Origin: Magnetococcales bacterium
GTDB taxonomy: Bacteria > Pseudomonadota > Magnetococcia > Magnetococcales > UBA8363
Length of the DNA: 64,000 nucleotides
Assembly (NCBI GenBank): GCA_015228815.1
Contig: JADGCV010000007.1
Location: 1,583-65,582, forward strand
Direction: 5' to 3'
In this document: positions 43,154 through 51,438 of the stretch, one piece after another
Position numbering within the stretch: position 1 is the stretch's first letter
Layout of the letters: every line of letters starts with the position of its first letter
Program-made: the position numbers and the translations under genes
Notes under the pieces: model-generated
Told to the model about the DNA's origin: nothing
Databases searched by the model: none
What the model saw: the letters and a program-made list of their open reading frames with translations, nothing else

Positions 43154-45097
43154 ATGCCGGTTTCATCAACGTTGCTTTTGGCCGTTACCATGCGCATAAC
43201 GGATGGCCAACCCGTCATCACCTTCAATTCCGGGGATCGCTCCCCCTGGTCCAGGAGACCAGAAGAACCACCGCCGGATCACCGCCGCACGGAACCCCTG
43301 TGGCAATCATTGAGGGGCGACTGGACGAATCGGCGCAACATTCTGCTTCGGGTGGGCAAGGAACTGGCCGACTGGCTGCTGGATGAGGAGGCCCGCAAGA
43401 TCCTGCTTGAGGGGCAACACCCGAATGAGGATGCCCCCCGATGGCGCATCGAATGGTATTTGGACGAAAAATTTTCCCAATGGCCCTGGGAAATCGTGGC
43501 CCTGGACGGTCCGGGTCACCTGGGGGTCCATCCATCCTTCACCTGCGTTCGCAGTCACGAAGGCGAACCTGAGCATCCCCCACTTCCCACGTCGCTGGTG
43601 GTACAACTCCAAGGGGTGCAACTGAAGAAGGAACGGGCCGGATCATGGGCCGTTCTCGATACCGGCAAGGAGTTGGATCGGATTTATAACCAGATCAAAA
43701 ACTCCAGACACGACGGTCGCTTTCGGGTGGAGATGGATGCCCTGGGTCAATGGGGAACCGTATGTAACAAAATGGAAAGAGATGGCCCACCCCATATTTT
43801 TCATTTTGCCGGTCATGGTGTTGAACAGGGTGATGGACTGCTTTTCCTGGACGACCGGGACGGTCCCGACCCCATCGAAACCACCCGCATTGCACAACTT
43901 CTGGCCAACCCCCGCCGTGGCCGTCGTCTCCATCTGGTTTTTCTCAACGCCTGCCGCAGCGCCGGAACCGGCACCCCGACATTGCAACCTTTTGGCGGTC
44001 TCACCCGGCAGTTGCTCAACAAGGGCATTCCCATGGTCGTGGGATTGCTCGCTCCGGTGGAAGACAACGAAGCCGCCGCCCTGGCCACCGAGTTCTACGG
44101 TGCCATAGGAGAAGGCGATTCCGTGGATGTTGCCCTGCAAAAGGCCCGTGAACAGGTTTACATGACCGGCAGTCAGGCAGGATGGGCCTTTTTGACCCTC
44201 TCCCTCCTGGGCCCCCCCCTGCCCCTGATGGCCACACCCCCTCGATCAACCTCCACGCCGGGGGCCACGATTCTGGACTTTGGCTTCGATCAACAGGCCA
44301 AGGCGCTGAAATATTTTCTATTATTGGAGAAACCCCTCGTCATCGTAGTGCGTGGCCAAGAGGGGACGGGACATGAGCATTTCCTGAAGCAGGTTCCCCA
44401 TCTGCTCGAAAGCAAGCGGACATTGTGGAAACCTCTGGTCGGTTTTGAATTTCGCATGGCAGGAGATGCGTCACTCCACCGCCACGAACTTGCAGGTACA
44501 CTGGCCCAGGCCCTGGAAATAGCCGATGACGGCGAACAGAATGTTCTGGAGGCGCGTCTGGCCCGAGGAATTGCCGAACGCTGTGAAACCGGCAAGGTAT
44601 TGGTGTTCCAAATCAATGCAACCATCCTCCTGGAACAGGACCGCCAAGCTGAAGCGCTTCTGGTTCTGGTGCAACACCTATGGATCGCCATCATGACGCA
44701 GGCCATGCGGTTACGTACCCGTCTCCCGGTTTATCTGATCGTGCCCATCGCCACTCCCAAACAGGAAGTGCCGATTTTTGACTGGAAAAAATTGTTGACG
44801 TGGCGCAAGAAGAATGAGCAATTGCGCCTTCATTTCCAGGCCAGTGAAAAACGAATGAACAATCTTATCCAGCGACTCAATACACAGACCTCCCCCGAAC
44901 ATGACGTTCGGGTAGAAATTCTGCCCGCCCTGGAACCTTTTACGCACGACGAGGTGGCGCAATTTCTGGACAAGGCCTTGGCCATGGCCGGGAGCGAACA
45001 CGATGAAGCCCTGGAAAATATCATGGGCATCAACCATGACAACACACGCATTCTTTCCCTTCTGAAGCAAAAAATCGACAACAGGAACGCACGATGA
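43154..45097 (+). CDS. CHAT-domain (caspase-fold) protease with a C-terminal degenerate P-loop-like module
   Basis: GGGAGGGG Shine-Dalgarno upstream. CHAT dyad context PHIFHFAGHG (His221, 43814-43816) and LHLVFLNACRSAG (Cys267, 43952-43954). The C-terminal region has PLVIVVRGQEGTGHEHF, a Walker-A-like motif with His in the Lys position. Confidence 0.8.
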   Translation: MPVSSTLLLAVTMRITDGQPVITFNSGDRSPWSRRPEEPPPDHRRTEPLWQSLRGDWTNRRNILLRVGKELADWLLDEEARKILLEGQHPNEDAPRWRIEWYLDEKFSQWPWEIVALDGPGHLGVHPSFTCVRSHEGEPEHPPLPTSLVVQLQGVQLKKERAGSWAVLDTGKELDRIYNQIKNSRHDGRFRVEMDALGQWGTVCNKMERDGPPHIFHFAGHGVEQGDGLLFLDDRDGPDPIETTRIAQLLANPRRGRRLHLVFLNACRSAGTGTPTLQPFGGLTRQLLNKGIPMVVGLLAPVEDNEAAALATEFYGAIGEGDSVDVALQKAREQVYMTGSQAGWAFLTLSLLGPPLPLMATPPRSTSTPGATILDFGFDQQAKALKYFLLLEKPLVIVVRGQEGTGHEHFLKQVPHLLESKRTLWKPLVGFEFRMAGDASLHRHELAGTLAQALEIADDGEQNVLEARLARGIAERCETGKVLVFQINATILLEQDRQAEALLVLVQHLWIAIMTQAMRLRTRLPVYLIVPIATPKQEVPIFDWKKLLTWRKKNEQLRLHFQASEKRMNNLIQRLNTQTSPEHDVRVEILPALEPFTHDEVAQFLDKALAMAGSEHDEALENIMGINHDNTRILSLLKQKIDNRNAR

Positions 45098-46017
45098 CCT
45101 CCGCGAAACTGCCTCCATTCGACATCTACCGGGGCGACGGCACTCCGCGACCGGAACTGGCGAAACAGATGCCCGAAAGTGGCTTTCTGTTTGCCGAACA
45201 GGGGGCCTACCTGGCCGATGCCGACCTGGTGGAGGCGGTCAACGTCTCCCTGGCGGTGGGACAACCCCTATTGTTGACCGGGGAACCCGGTTGCGGCAAA
45301 ACCCGCCTGGCCGACAGTCTGGCCCTGGAGTTGGGACTTGGGGAGCCGTTGATCTTCCAGACCCGTTCCACCTCCCAGGCCCAGGAGCTGCTTTACACCT
45401 TCGATGCCGTGGGCCGGTTCCACCACATTCAGGTTGGAGACAAACGGGCGGCGGATCCGGTGAACTATGTCCGTTACGGCCCCCTGGGCCAGGCCATTGT
45501 CGAAGGGCGGCGGCGGGTGGTCCTCATCGATGAAATCGACAAGGCCCCCAGGGATTTTCCCAACGATTTGCTCAGCGAGTTGGACCGCATGGTGTTCACG
45601 GTCCATGAACTGGAGGAGCCTACGTGCCGCAAGGCCGGTTCCCACCGTCCTGTGGTGGTGATCACCAGCAACAGCGAACGCCAGTTGCCCCTGGCCTTTC
45701 TCAGGCGCTGCGTCTTTCATCACATTCGTTTTCCCAGCCGGGAACGGCTCGTGGCCATCATTGGCGAACGTTTGCGCGACATGAACCTGGATGGCGGGTT
45801 GGTGGAGGCGGCCGTGGACCGTTTTCAGGAGGTGCGTGGACTCTCCGGCCTGGTGAAAAAACCGGCCACCGGCGAACTTCTGGCCTGGCTCACCGCCCTC
45901 GCCATCCAGGGCAAAACGGTCGATCATGTACGCAGCCCCGCCCTTGCCCGTCTGCCCCTGTGGCAGGCGCTGCTGAAGGATCGCGATGATTTCCGCCGCC
46001 TCCAGGAAGCCGTTTGA
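45094..46017 (+). CDS. MoxR-like AAA+ ATPase
   Basis: Walker A LLLTGEPGCGKTRLA (45280-45303), Walker B VVLIDEIDKA, sensor region VVITSNS, FLRRC. ATGA overlap with the CHAT gene stop. Confidence 0.85.
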   Translation: MTSAKLPPFDIYRGDGTPRPELAKQMPESGFLFAEQGAYLADADLVEAVNVSLAVGQPLLLTGEPGCGKTRLADSLALELGLGEPLIFQTRSTSQAQELLYTFDAVGRFHHIQVGDKRAADPVNYVRYGPLGQAIVEGRRRVVLIDEIDKAPRDFPNDLLSELDRMVFTVHELEEPTCRKAGSHRPVVVITSNSERQLPLAFLRRCVFHHIRFPSRERLVAIIGERLRDMNLDGGLVEAAVDRFQEVRGLSGLVKKPATGELLAWLTALAIQGKTVDHVRSPALARLPLWQALLKDRDDFRRLQEAV

Positions 46018-49000
46018 CGCGCCACTGACCGATCTGCTTCAGGGATTGCGTCATCGTGGACTGGCCATCGGTGTCGATGACGCCCGGCGGGTGGCTCTCG
46101 CCTTCCGCCATTCCGGATCATGGTCGCGGCAGCGGCGGCTGCGAGTACTCAAGAGCCTGTTGGCCAGAAACGACCAGGAGCGCCTGATCATCGATCAACT
46201 GGCGCCGTTCCTGTTCCAGGATGCCCCCCCCGAGGAAACCTTTGTTCCCATCGACCTGCCGAAGGCCCCGGACGCCAAACCCGTCCCGGAACCTAAAACG
46301 CAACCCAGAACGCAACCCAAACCCCACGTCGGTCAACGCAACAAACGACCCCGCCTGGTGCGTTGGTTGGTATTTTTTGCTCTGCTCGCGACGGCCATTG
46401 CCTGGGTAGATTCACAGATCCAACGCCCGGCCCCAGAACCACTGCCTTCCGCCCCGGTTCAACCCGGCCCCAATCAGAAAATGCAGACGAAACTTCCAGA
46501 AGCGCCGACACCCACGGATCTGGAAATGGATACCGACCCTTATCATCCGCCTCGGGAGCCGTTTTTCCTGGGGCTGGCGGTGTCCCTGCTGTTACTGCTT
46601 GCGCCGCTTCCGGGGCTGTTGCGTCGCAAACGGGTTCGACTTCAGAAAAGAAACCTGGAGTCCCTGGAAAAATCCACGGGACACCGCGTTTATCTTCCGG
46701 GAGCGTCCGTTTGTGACCACCTGCGGCCACTTCCCATCGGCCCCTTGCGCGAGGCCGCCTTTCATCTTAACGCCCCCTCGGAACCCATACGCGCGCCCCA
46801 ACTGGACATTCCGAGAAGCATTCTGGCCACGGTGCGCCGGGCGGGCCATCTCACCCTCATCCATGACCAATGGCTGACCCGAAAGCCGGTGTTGTTCATC
46901 GAGGATGTCGCCCCCGGCATGGCCCTTTGGCCCGGATATGGCCGCCAGATTGCCCAGGCCCTGGAGCGGCAGGGCAACCGACTGCTGCACCGATTCATGG
47001 TGGAAGAACCGGGAACGCTCCATGAAGGGGCCAACCTGGAGGGTGGCATGGCCCTGGAACAGGTTCTGGCGAATCTGGGGGGCCCCACGGTGGTCATTCT
47101 TGGCCATGGCGCCTTTTTGGAACATCGACCGGAATACCGACTGGCGAACGCCCCCTGGCTGGGGCTTCTGAACAACGCCGTCTGGCTCCACCCCCAGCCC
47201 CCGGAATTATGGACGGAGGGGATCCGCCTGCTTGCCGGGCGGCTGCGCCTGGTGCCTCTGACCATGGACGGGCTGTCGCGGCTTTCCGGGGTCGCCGCCG
47301 ACAGCATCACCCCCTGGAGGCCACCACCTCCCGCCCTGGATCGTTCCACCCGCCTGGCCAACATGCGCGCCGTGGTCGGGACGGCAGGCTGGCGGTTTTT
47401 GCAGGCAGGGGCGGTGCTGGATCGTGCCGGGGTGCTGACCATGGCCCTATGGCGATCGTTGCCTCTTGAAGGCATTGTTTCGTTGGATGCAACCACCCTG
47501 GAAAAATGCCTGATTCTGGCCGAGCCCGTGCTGGGACCGGGTGGAAAAGTCCGTTTGCCCCCATGGTTTCGAGAAGCCCTTGTCGCGGAGGTGACACGGG
47601 AAGATCCGGCACTCCTGTCCCAGGTGATCCTGTGGGGAGAAAACATTCTTTCTCGCGATCTGCAAACCATCACCGCCAGGGGAACCGCCTGGGTGCAGGC
47701 GCGTCTGGCCCGTATGCGTCTCCTGGTCCTGGATCCGGAACACCGCCCGGAAGCGCGGGAGGCGATGCGCCTTTTTTCCAGGGAAGGATTCGGAGGCTGG
47801 GCCGAAGCGTCCATGGTCGCCGGGGAGCGCGTTCTTTGGCACAAAATTCCTTTGCAACGGGCCAGGCCCCCTGGACGATGGGCCTACGGGTCCGCGTTGA
47901 TCGGTGTGATCGGTATGCTCGTCATGGGAACCGGGTTGGCCAAACCGGATCTGGTGGCCCGCTTGTTTCCCCCGGAGCCTGAATTTCGTTTCCTGACCGA
48001 TACCCCCCCGTGGGCATTACTGACACCGGAAGAACCGTTGCGTTTTTATGATCGCCGGCAACGGAATGGCCCGGTCAGGATTTCCGTGAACGATTGGCCG
48101 GAAACCATCTTGCTCGCGCAACGGGATGTCCAGGGCCGGTGGTACTATGAATTGACTCCCGATGAGCGTCTGTTTTCTGACAATTCACCCTCTTATCTGC
48201 GTCTGGGGTACGGGGACCTTCGTCATGGCCCGTTCGTCTTCTACAGCCTGTCGGGTTTTCCAGTCAAATTGACCGGTATCCGGAATGACAATCAACAAGG
48301 GGTGCAATTTTCCTGGTCCCTGTCGTCCGAAATCACGGATGCCAGCATTCTTTCGTTTCACCTGTACCACTTGGGACGGGAAATTGAAAAACCACCGCCG
48401 AGAACACGGACGTTCCAGACTGCGATCTCCGCGCCAAAAGGGGGTTCCTTCAGGCTTCTCGTCAAAGTTCAAGGTCCGGGAACCGCAACCATGATCTTTC
48501 CCAGCAACCGGTTTGTCATGGATGAATCGCCAGACATGGAATTTGTCCAGATCCCTCCGGGCTGTTTCCAGATGGGTTCACCAAAGACCGATAAAGACCG
48601 GGATGACGATGAAGGTCCGGTGCATAAGGTATGTGTAGACGCTTTCTGGATGGGAAGGTATGAAGTGACGCAAAAGCAGTGGAAAGCCGTGATGGGAACG
48701 AACCCATCCTATTTTGCTTCGTGTGGCGATGAATGTCCCGTGGAGCAGGTTTCCTGGGAAGATGCGCAGGATTTCATTCGCAAGCTCGATAAACAACAGG
48801 ATGGATGTACCTATCGATTGCCGACGGAGGCGGAATGGGAATATGCGTGCCGGTCCGGGGGAAAAAATGAAACCTATTGCGGAGGAAATGATGTAAATCG
48901 GGTGGCCTGGGACAGGACCAACTCTGAAAATACGACTTATAGAGTGGGCGGTAAGGCGCCCAATGGCCTGGGCTTATATGACATGAGCGGAAATGTGTGG

Positions 49001-49210
49001 GAGTGGGTATCGGATTGGTATGACGGAAAGTTCTATGCCAATTCCCCGAGGGACAATCCGAAAGGGCCATCTTCGGGCTCCGCCCGGGTCGGGCGGGGCG
49101 GCGGCTGGGACAGCAACCCAGCCAACGTCCGCTCCGCGTATCGCAACTACGACGGCCCGGGCAGCCGCTACAGCGGCCTGGGCTTCCGCCTTTCGAGGAC
49201 TTGCCCTTAG
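45986..49210 (+). CDS. 1074-aa three-TM protein: N-terminal helical domain, CoxE-like vWA domain with degenerate MIDAS, and extracytoplasmic C-terminal FGE-sulfatase-like domain
   Basis: Overlaps the moxR-like gene by 32 nt. TM helices lie at about aa 124-141, 192-212 and 634-652. LDIPRSILATVRRAGHLTLIHDQW..KPVLFIEDVAPGM follows the CoxE-type vWA pattern, with DVSGSM replaced by DVAPGM. The C-terminus has FVQIPPGCFQMGS, RLPTEAEWEYACR, DMSGNVWEW and RVGRGGGW. Confidence 0.75.
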   Translation: MISAASRKPFDAPLTDLLQGLRHRGLAIGVDDARRVALAFRHSGSWSRQRRLRVLKSLLARNDQERLIIDQLAPFLFQDAPPEETFVPIDLPKAPDAKPVPEPKTQPRTQPKPHVGQRNKRPRLVRWLVFFALLATAIAWVDSQIQRPAPEPLPSAPVQPGPNQKMQTKLPEAPTPTDLEMDTDPYHPPREPFFLGLAVSLLLLLAPLPGLLRRKRVRLQKRNLESLEKSTGHRVYLPGASVCDHLRPLPIGPLREAAFHLNAPSEPIRAPQLDIPRSILATVRRAGHLTLIHDQWLTRKPVLFIEDVAPGMALWPGYGRQIAQALERQGNRLLHRFMVEEPGTLHEGANLEGGMALEQVLANLGGPTVVILGHGAFLEHRPEYRLANAPWLGLLNNAVWLHPQPPELWTEGIRLLAGRLRLVPLTMDGLSRLSGVAADSITPWRPPPPALDRSTRLANMRAVVGTAGWRFLQAGAVLDRAGVLTMALWRSLPLEGIVSLDATTLEKCLILAEPVLGPGGKVRLPPWFREALVAEVTREDPALLSQVILWGENILSRDLQTITARGTAWVQARLARMRLLVLDPEHRPEAREAMRLFSREGFGGWAEASMVAGERVLWHKIPLQRARPPGRWAYGSALIGVIGMLVMGTGLAKPDLVARLFPPEPEFRFLTDTPPWALLTPEEPLRFYDRRQRNGPVRISVNDWPETILLAQRDVQGRWYYELTPDERLFSDNSPSYLRLGYGDLRHGPFVFYSLSGFPVKLTGIRNDNQQGVQFSWSLSSEITDASILSFHLYHLGREIEKPPPRTRTFQTAISAPKGGSFRLLVKVQGPGTATMIFPSNRFVMDESPDMEFVQIPPGCFQMGSPKTDKDRDDDEGPVHKVCVDAFWMGRYEVTQKQWKAVMGTNPSYFASCGDECPVEQVSWEDAQDFIRKLDKQQDGCTYRLPTEAEWEYACRSGGKNETYCGGNDVNRVAWDRTNSENTTYRVGGKAPNGLGLYDMSGNVWEWVSDWYDGKFYANSPRDNPKGPSSGSARVGRGGGWDSNPANVRSAYRNYDGPGSRYSGLGFRLSRTCP

Positions 49211-49258
49211 CCCTTTTACGCTTTTGCCCTTGGTGGTTTTGGGGTTGCTGTTGGTTTT

Positions 49259-49326
49259 GCCCTCTTTCCTTGCGACCAGCAAGCGGGCGTTTCTCAGCCC
49301 GAGGGCTGGTCGCAAGGAAAGAGGGC
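49259..49326. repeat. Perfect 22-bp inverted repeat (GCCCTCTTTCCTTGCGACCAGC ... GCTGGTCGCAAGGAAAGAGGGC) with a 24-nt spacer
   Basis: Read directly from the sequence. The spacer can itself pair (CGGGC/GCCCG). It lies 49 nt after the stop of the 1074-aa gene, in the convergent gap before the moeB-like gene. Confidence 0.85.
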
Positions 49327-49333
49327 GGGGAGT

Positions 49334-49395
49334 CCAGAGGGGCCGTGGCCCCTCTGGTGGGTCCAGGGCGAAGCCCTGGTCGCGACATTTTTTTT
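49334..49395 (+). terminator. Two further GC-rich hairpins (CCAGAGGGG-ccgtgg-CCCCTCTGG; CCAGGGC-gaa-GCCCTGG) followed by T8
   Basis: Stems read from the sequence. The T8 run is at 49388-49395, 8 nt after the last stem, so the geometry is imperfect for an intrinsic terminator. Confidence 0.4.
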
Positions 49396-49513
49396 GACAG
49401 ACTGGTTCGTGATCGGTTGGCCGTTATCTTGCAACAAGTAGTTGATACGCCTGGCTTTTTTGGTTCGGTTACCCAGGATTTTTCTATGTCGGGGGTCGAA
49501 TTGCGAAAGATGG

Positions 49514-50272
49514 TTAATGGCAGCCGCAGGTGCGGCAGGCGCGGTTTTTTGGCACCCGGATGCGCTGGAAGACAAGATCAAGGGTGTTGACGAGCAGCAC
49601 TTCCCCGGCGCATGTCGTGCCGATGCCAAGATACTCCTTGATTGTTTCTACCGCCTGCATGGCCCCGATGATTCCGGCCACCCCTCCCAACACGCCCGCC
49701 GTGGCGCAGGAGGCGTGACAATTTCTGGATGGTTCCGGGTACAGGCAACGATAACAGGGCGCCTGGGCATCGACGCCATGACGAAAAACCGCCACCTGCC
49801 CCTCGAATCCAAGGACTGCCCCGGAGACCAACGGTTTGTGGTGACGCAGGCAGGCCTCGTTCAACGCATAGCGGGTGTCGAAGTTGTCGCTGGCATCCAG
49901 TGCCAGATCGCATCGGGGGAGGATTTCATCAAAAGTTTCGGCGGTTGCGCGTCCGGTGACGACATCGATCTGAACGTCGGGGTTCAACCGTCGCAGGGCC
50001 CGGGCCGCCGTTTCCCCCTTGGGCTGACCGATGTCGGGGGTGCCATAGAGGATCTGCCGCTGGAGATTGGAAAGTTCCACCCGGTCCGAATCGGCGATGA
50101 TCAGACGACCGATCCCCGCGGCGGCAAGATACAATCCCGCCGGAGCGCCCAACCCTCCCGCTCCAAGGAGGAACACCCGGGCGTCAAGCAGACGTTCCTG
50201 TCCCGCGCCACCCCATTGCGTCAGAAGAATGTTGCGCGAATAGCGTTCGATCTGTCGCTCATCCAGAGTCAT
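49514..50272 (-). CDS. HesA/MoeB/ThiF-family adenylyltransferase (E1-like)
   Basis: IERYSRNILL...RVFLLGAGGLGAPAGLYLAAAGIGRLIIADSDRVELSNLQRQ. Cys pairs CYRC and CRTC. Confidence 0.85.
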   Translation of the reverse strand: MTLDERQIERYSRNILLTQWGGAGQERLLDARVFLLGAGGLGAPAGLYLAAAGIGRLIIADSDRVELSNLQRQILYGTPDIGQPKGETAARALRRLNPDVQIDVVTGRATAETFDEILPRCDLALDASDNFDTRYALNEACLRHHKPLVSGAVLGFEGQVAVFRHGVDAQAPCYRCLYPEPSRNCHASCATAGVLGGVAGIIGAMQAVETIKEYLGIGTTCAGEVLLVNTLDLVFQRIRVPKNRACRTCGCH

Positions 50273-50768
50273 GGATCAAGGACTTTCAGTCGGGCATCGG
50301 TGTTTTGAGTGCGAGGGCCATTCCAGACGGACGCGGTCGTTGACGCCTGATCGTGCCAGTGGCGCGGGACGGATCATCAAGACACTCCAGAAGCTCGACC
50401 CGGGTGGGAAAAAAGAAGGTCCGAGTCCCTTTTTCAGCAGTATTCTTGTCGAAAGCGTCGGAATGTTTCATTTTGGCCCCCGGGGGAGTTGAGATGTAGA
50501 AACAGAGTGATCATGCAACACTCCTAAATGAAGCAAGATTTGTGCCGTTTTTTGCAATTTCTCTTCTTCGGGATGTGTCCGTCATGGCGCCATACCGGGA
50601 GGAAATTTTTTTTTCGTGATGGGAAGTCCCTTGACCGGCGATTAGCGAAAATCTAAGATTGCCGTTCTGAAAAGGGACTGTCTTGAAGGTGGTTTTTTCG
50701 GTCCTGCAGGTCGCTCTTGTCCATTTCCGCGACTTGGATTCCAACGGGCCTGTCCTTTTTCAGTCCAT

Positions 50769-50844
<76 letters not shown>

Positions 50845-50852
50845 ATGATGAT

Positions 50853-50888
50853 AACGGCCCGAATGATTTTTTCATTCGGGCCGTTTTT
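50853..50888 (+). terminator. Rho-independent terminator after tRNA-Asn
   Basis: 14-bp stem AACGGCCCGAATGA / TCATTCGGGCCGTT with a 5-nt T loop, followed by TTT. Confidence 0.75.
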
Positions 50889-51015
50889 CGTTACAGTCAT
50901 TTCACCTTCGGGCCAGGATGAAAAAGAAACGCCCCGGATCATGAGTCCATGACGGGGCGTTTCCAAGGATCAAATCAGGTCCATCATTGAGCGGCGTAAA
51001 AGCCCCGGATGGACG

Positions 51016-51279
51016 TTATTTCCAGCCGGATTCCTTCTCGCAGGCCGCCATTTCCGCGGGGTGTTTCTGTTCCCAGGCGGTGATGGAGAGGGTTTCGTTT
51101 TCGTCCATCTTGGCGTTCATACAGGTGCAATACTTGCTCATTACTTCGGGGGCAACGTTTTCCTTGGCATTGTCCATCATGCACTTGGCGATCCAGCTGG
51201 CATCATCGGCTCCGGCGAAGGCGACCGAACTGGTCATGAAAACACCGGCAAATAGAACGAGGGCAGACTTCAGTTTCAT
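51016..51279 (-). CDS. Small secreted four-Cys protein (87 aa), function unknown
   Basis: GGAGG 7 nt upstream of the ATG. Signal peptide MKLKSALVLFAGVFMTSSVAFA. The mature part has 4 Cys (KCMMD, YCTCMN, AACEKE). Confidence 0.6.
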   Translation of the reverse strand: MKLKSALVLFAGVFMTSSVAFAGADDASWIAKCMMDNAKENVAPEVMSKYCTCMNAKMDENETLSITAWEQKHPAEMAACEKESGWK

Positions 51280-51438
51280 GGAAGACCTCCAATAAGGGGT
51301 TTGATTACTCCAAGTGCATCATGCTATACGGTAACCTCCGTAATTTTCAATCAGGAAAATATTTAATGATCATTTAACGGAAAAAATCTTGACGTGCATC
51401 TGTTCTTTGTGGTGCGACATGATGCTTTGACGGTGGCA

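Noticed and set aside
46762-47844. 360-aa minus-strand ORF
   Set aside because: It is antisense to the 1074-aa vWA/FGE gene. It is Arg/Ser/Ala/Pro-biased.
49201-49629. Short ORFs (129, 134, 111 and 204 aa) spanning the hairpin-rich gap
   Set aside because: They read through palindromic DNA in both orientations and have repetitive Arg/Gly/Pro composition. The region is better explained as structured intergenic DNA.
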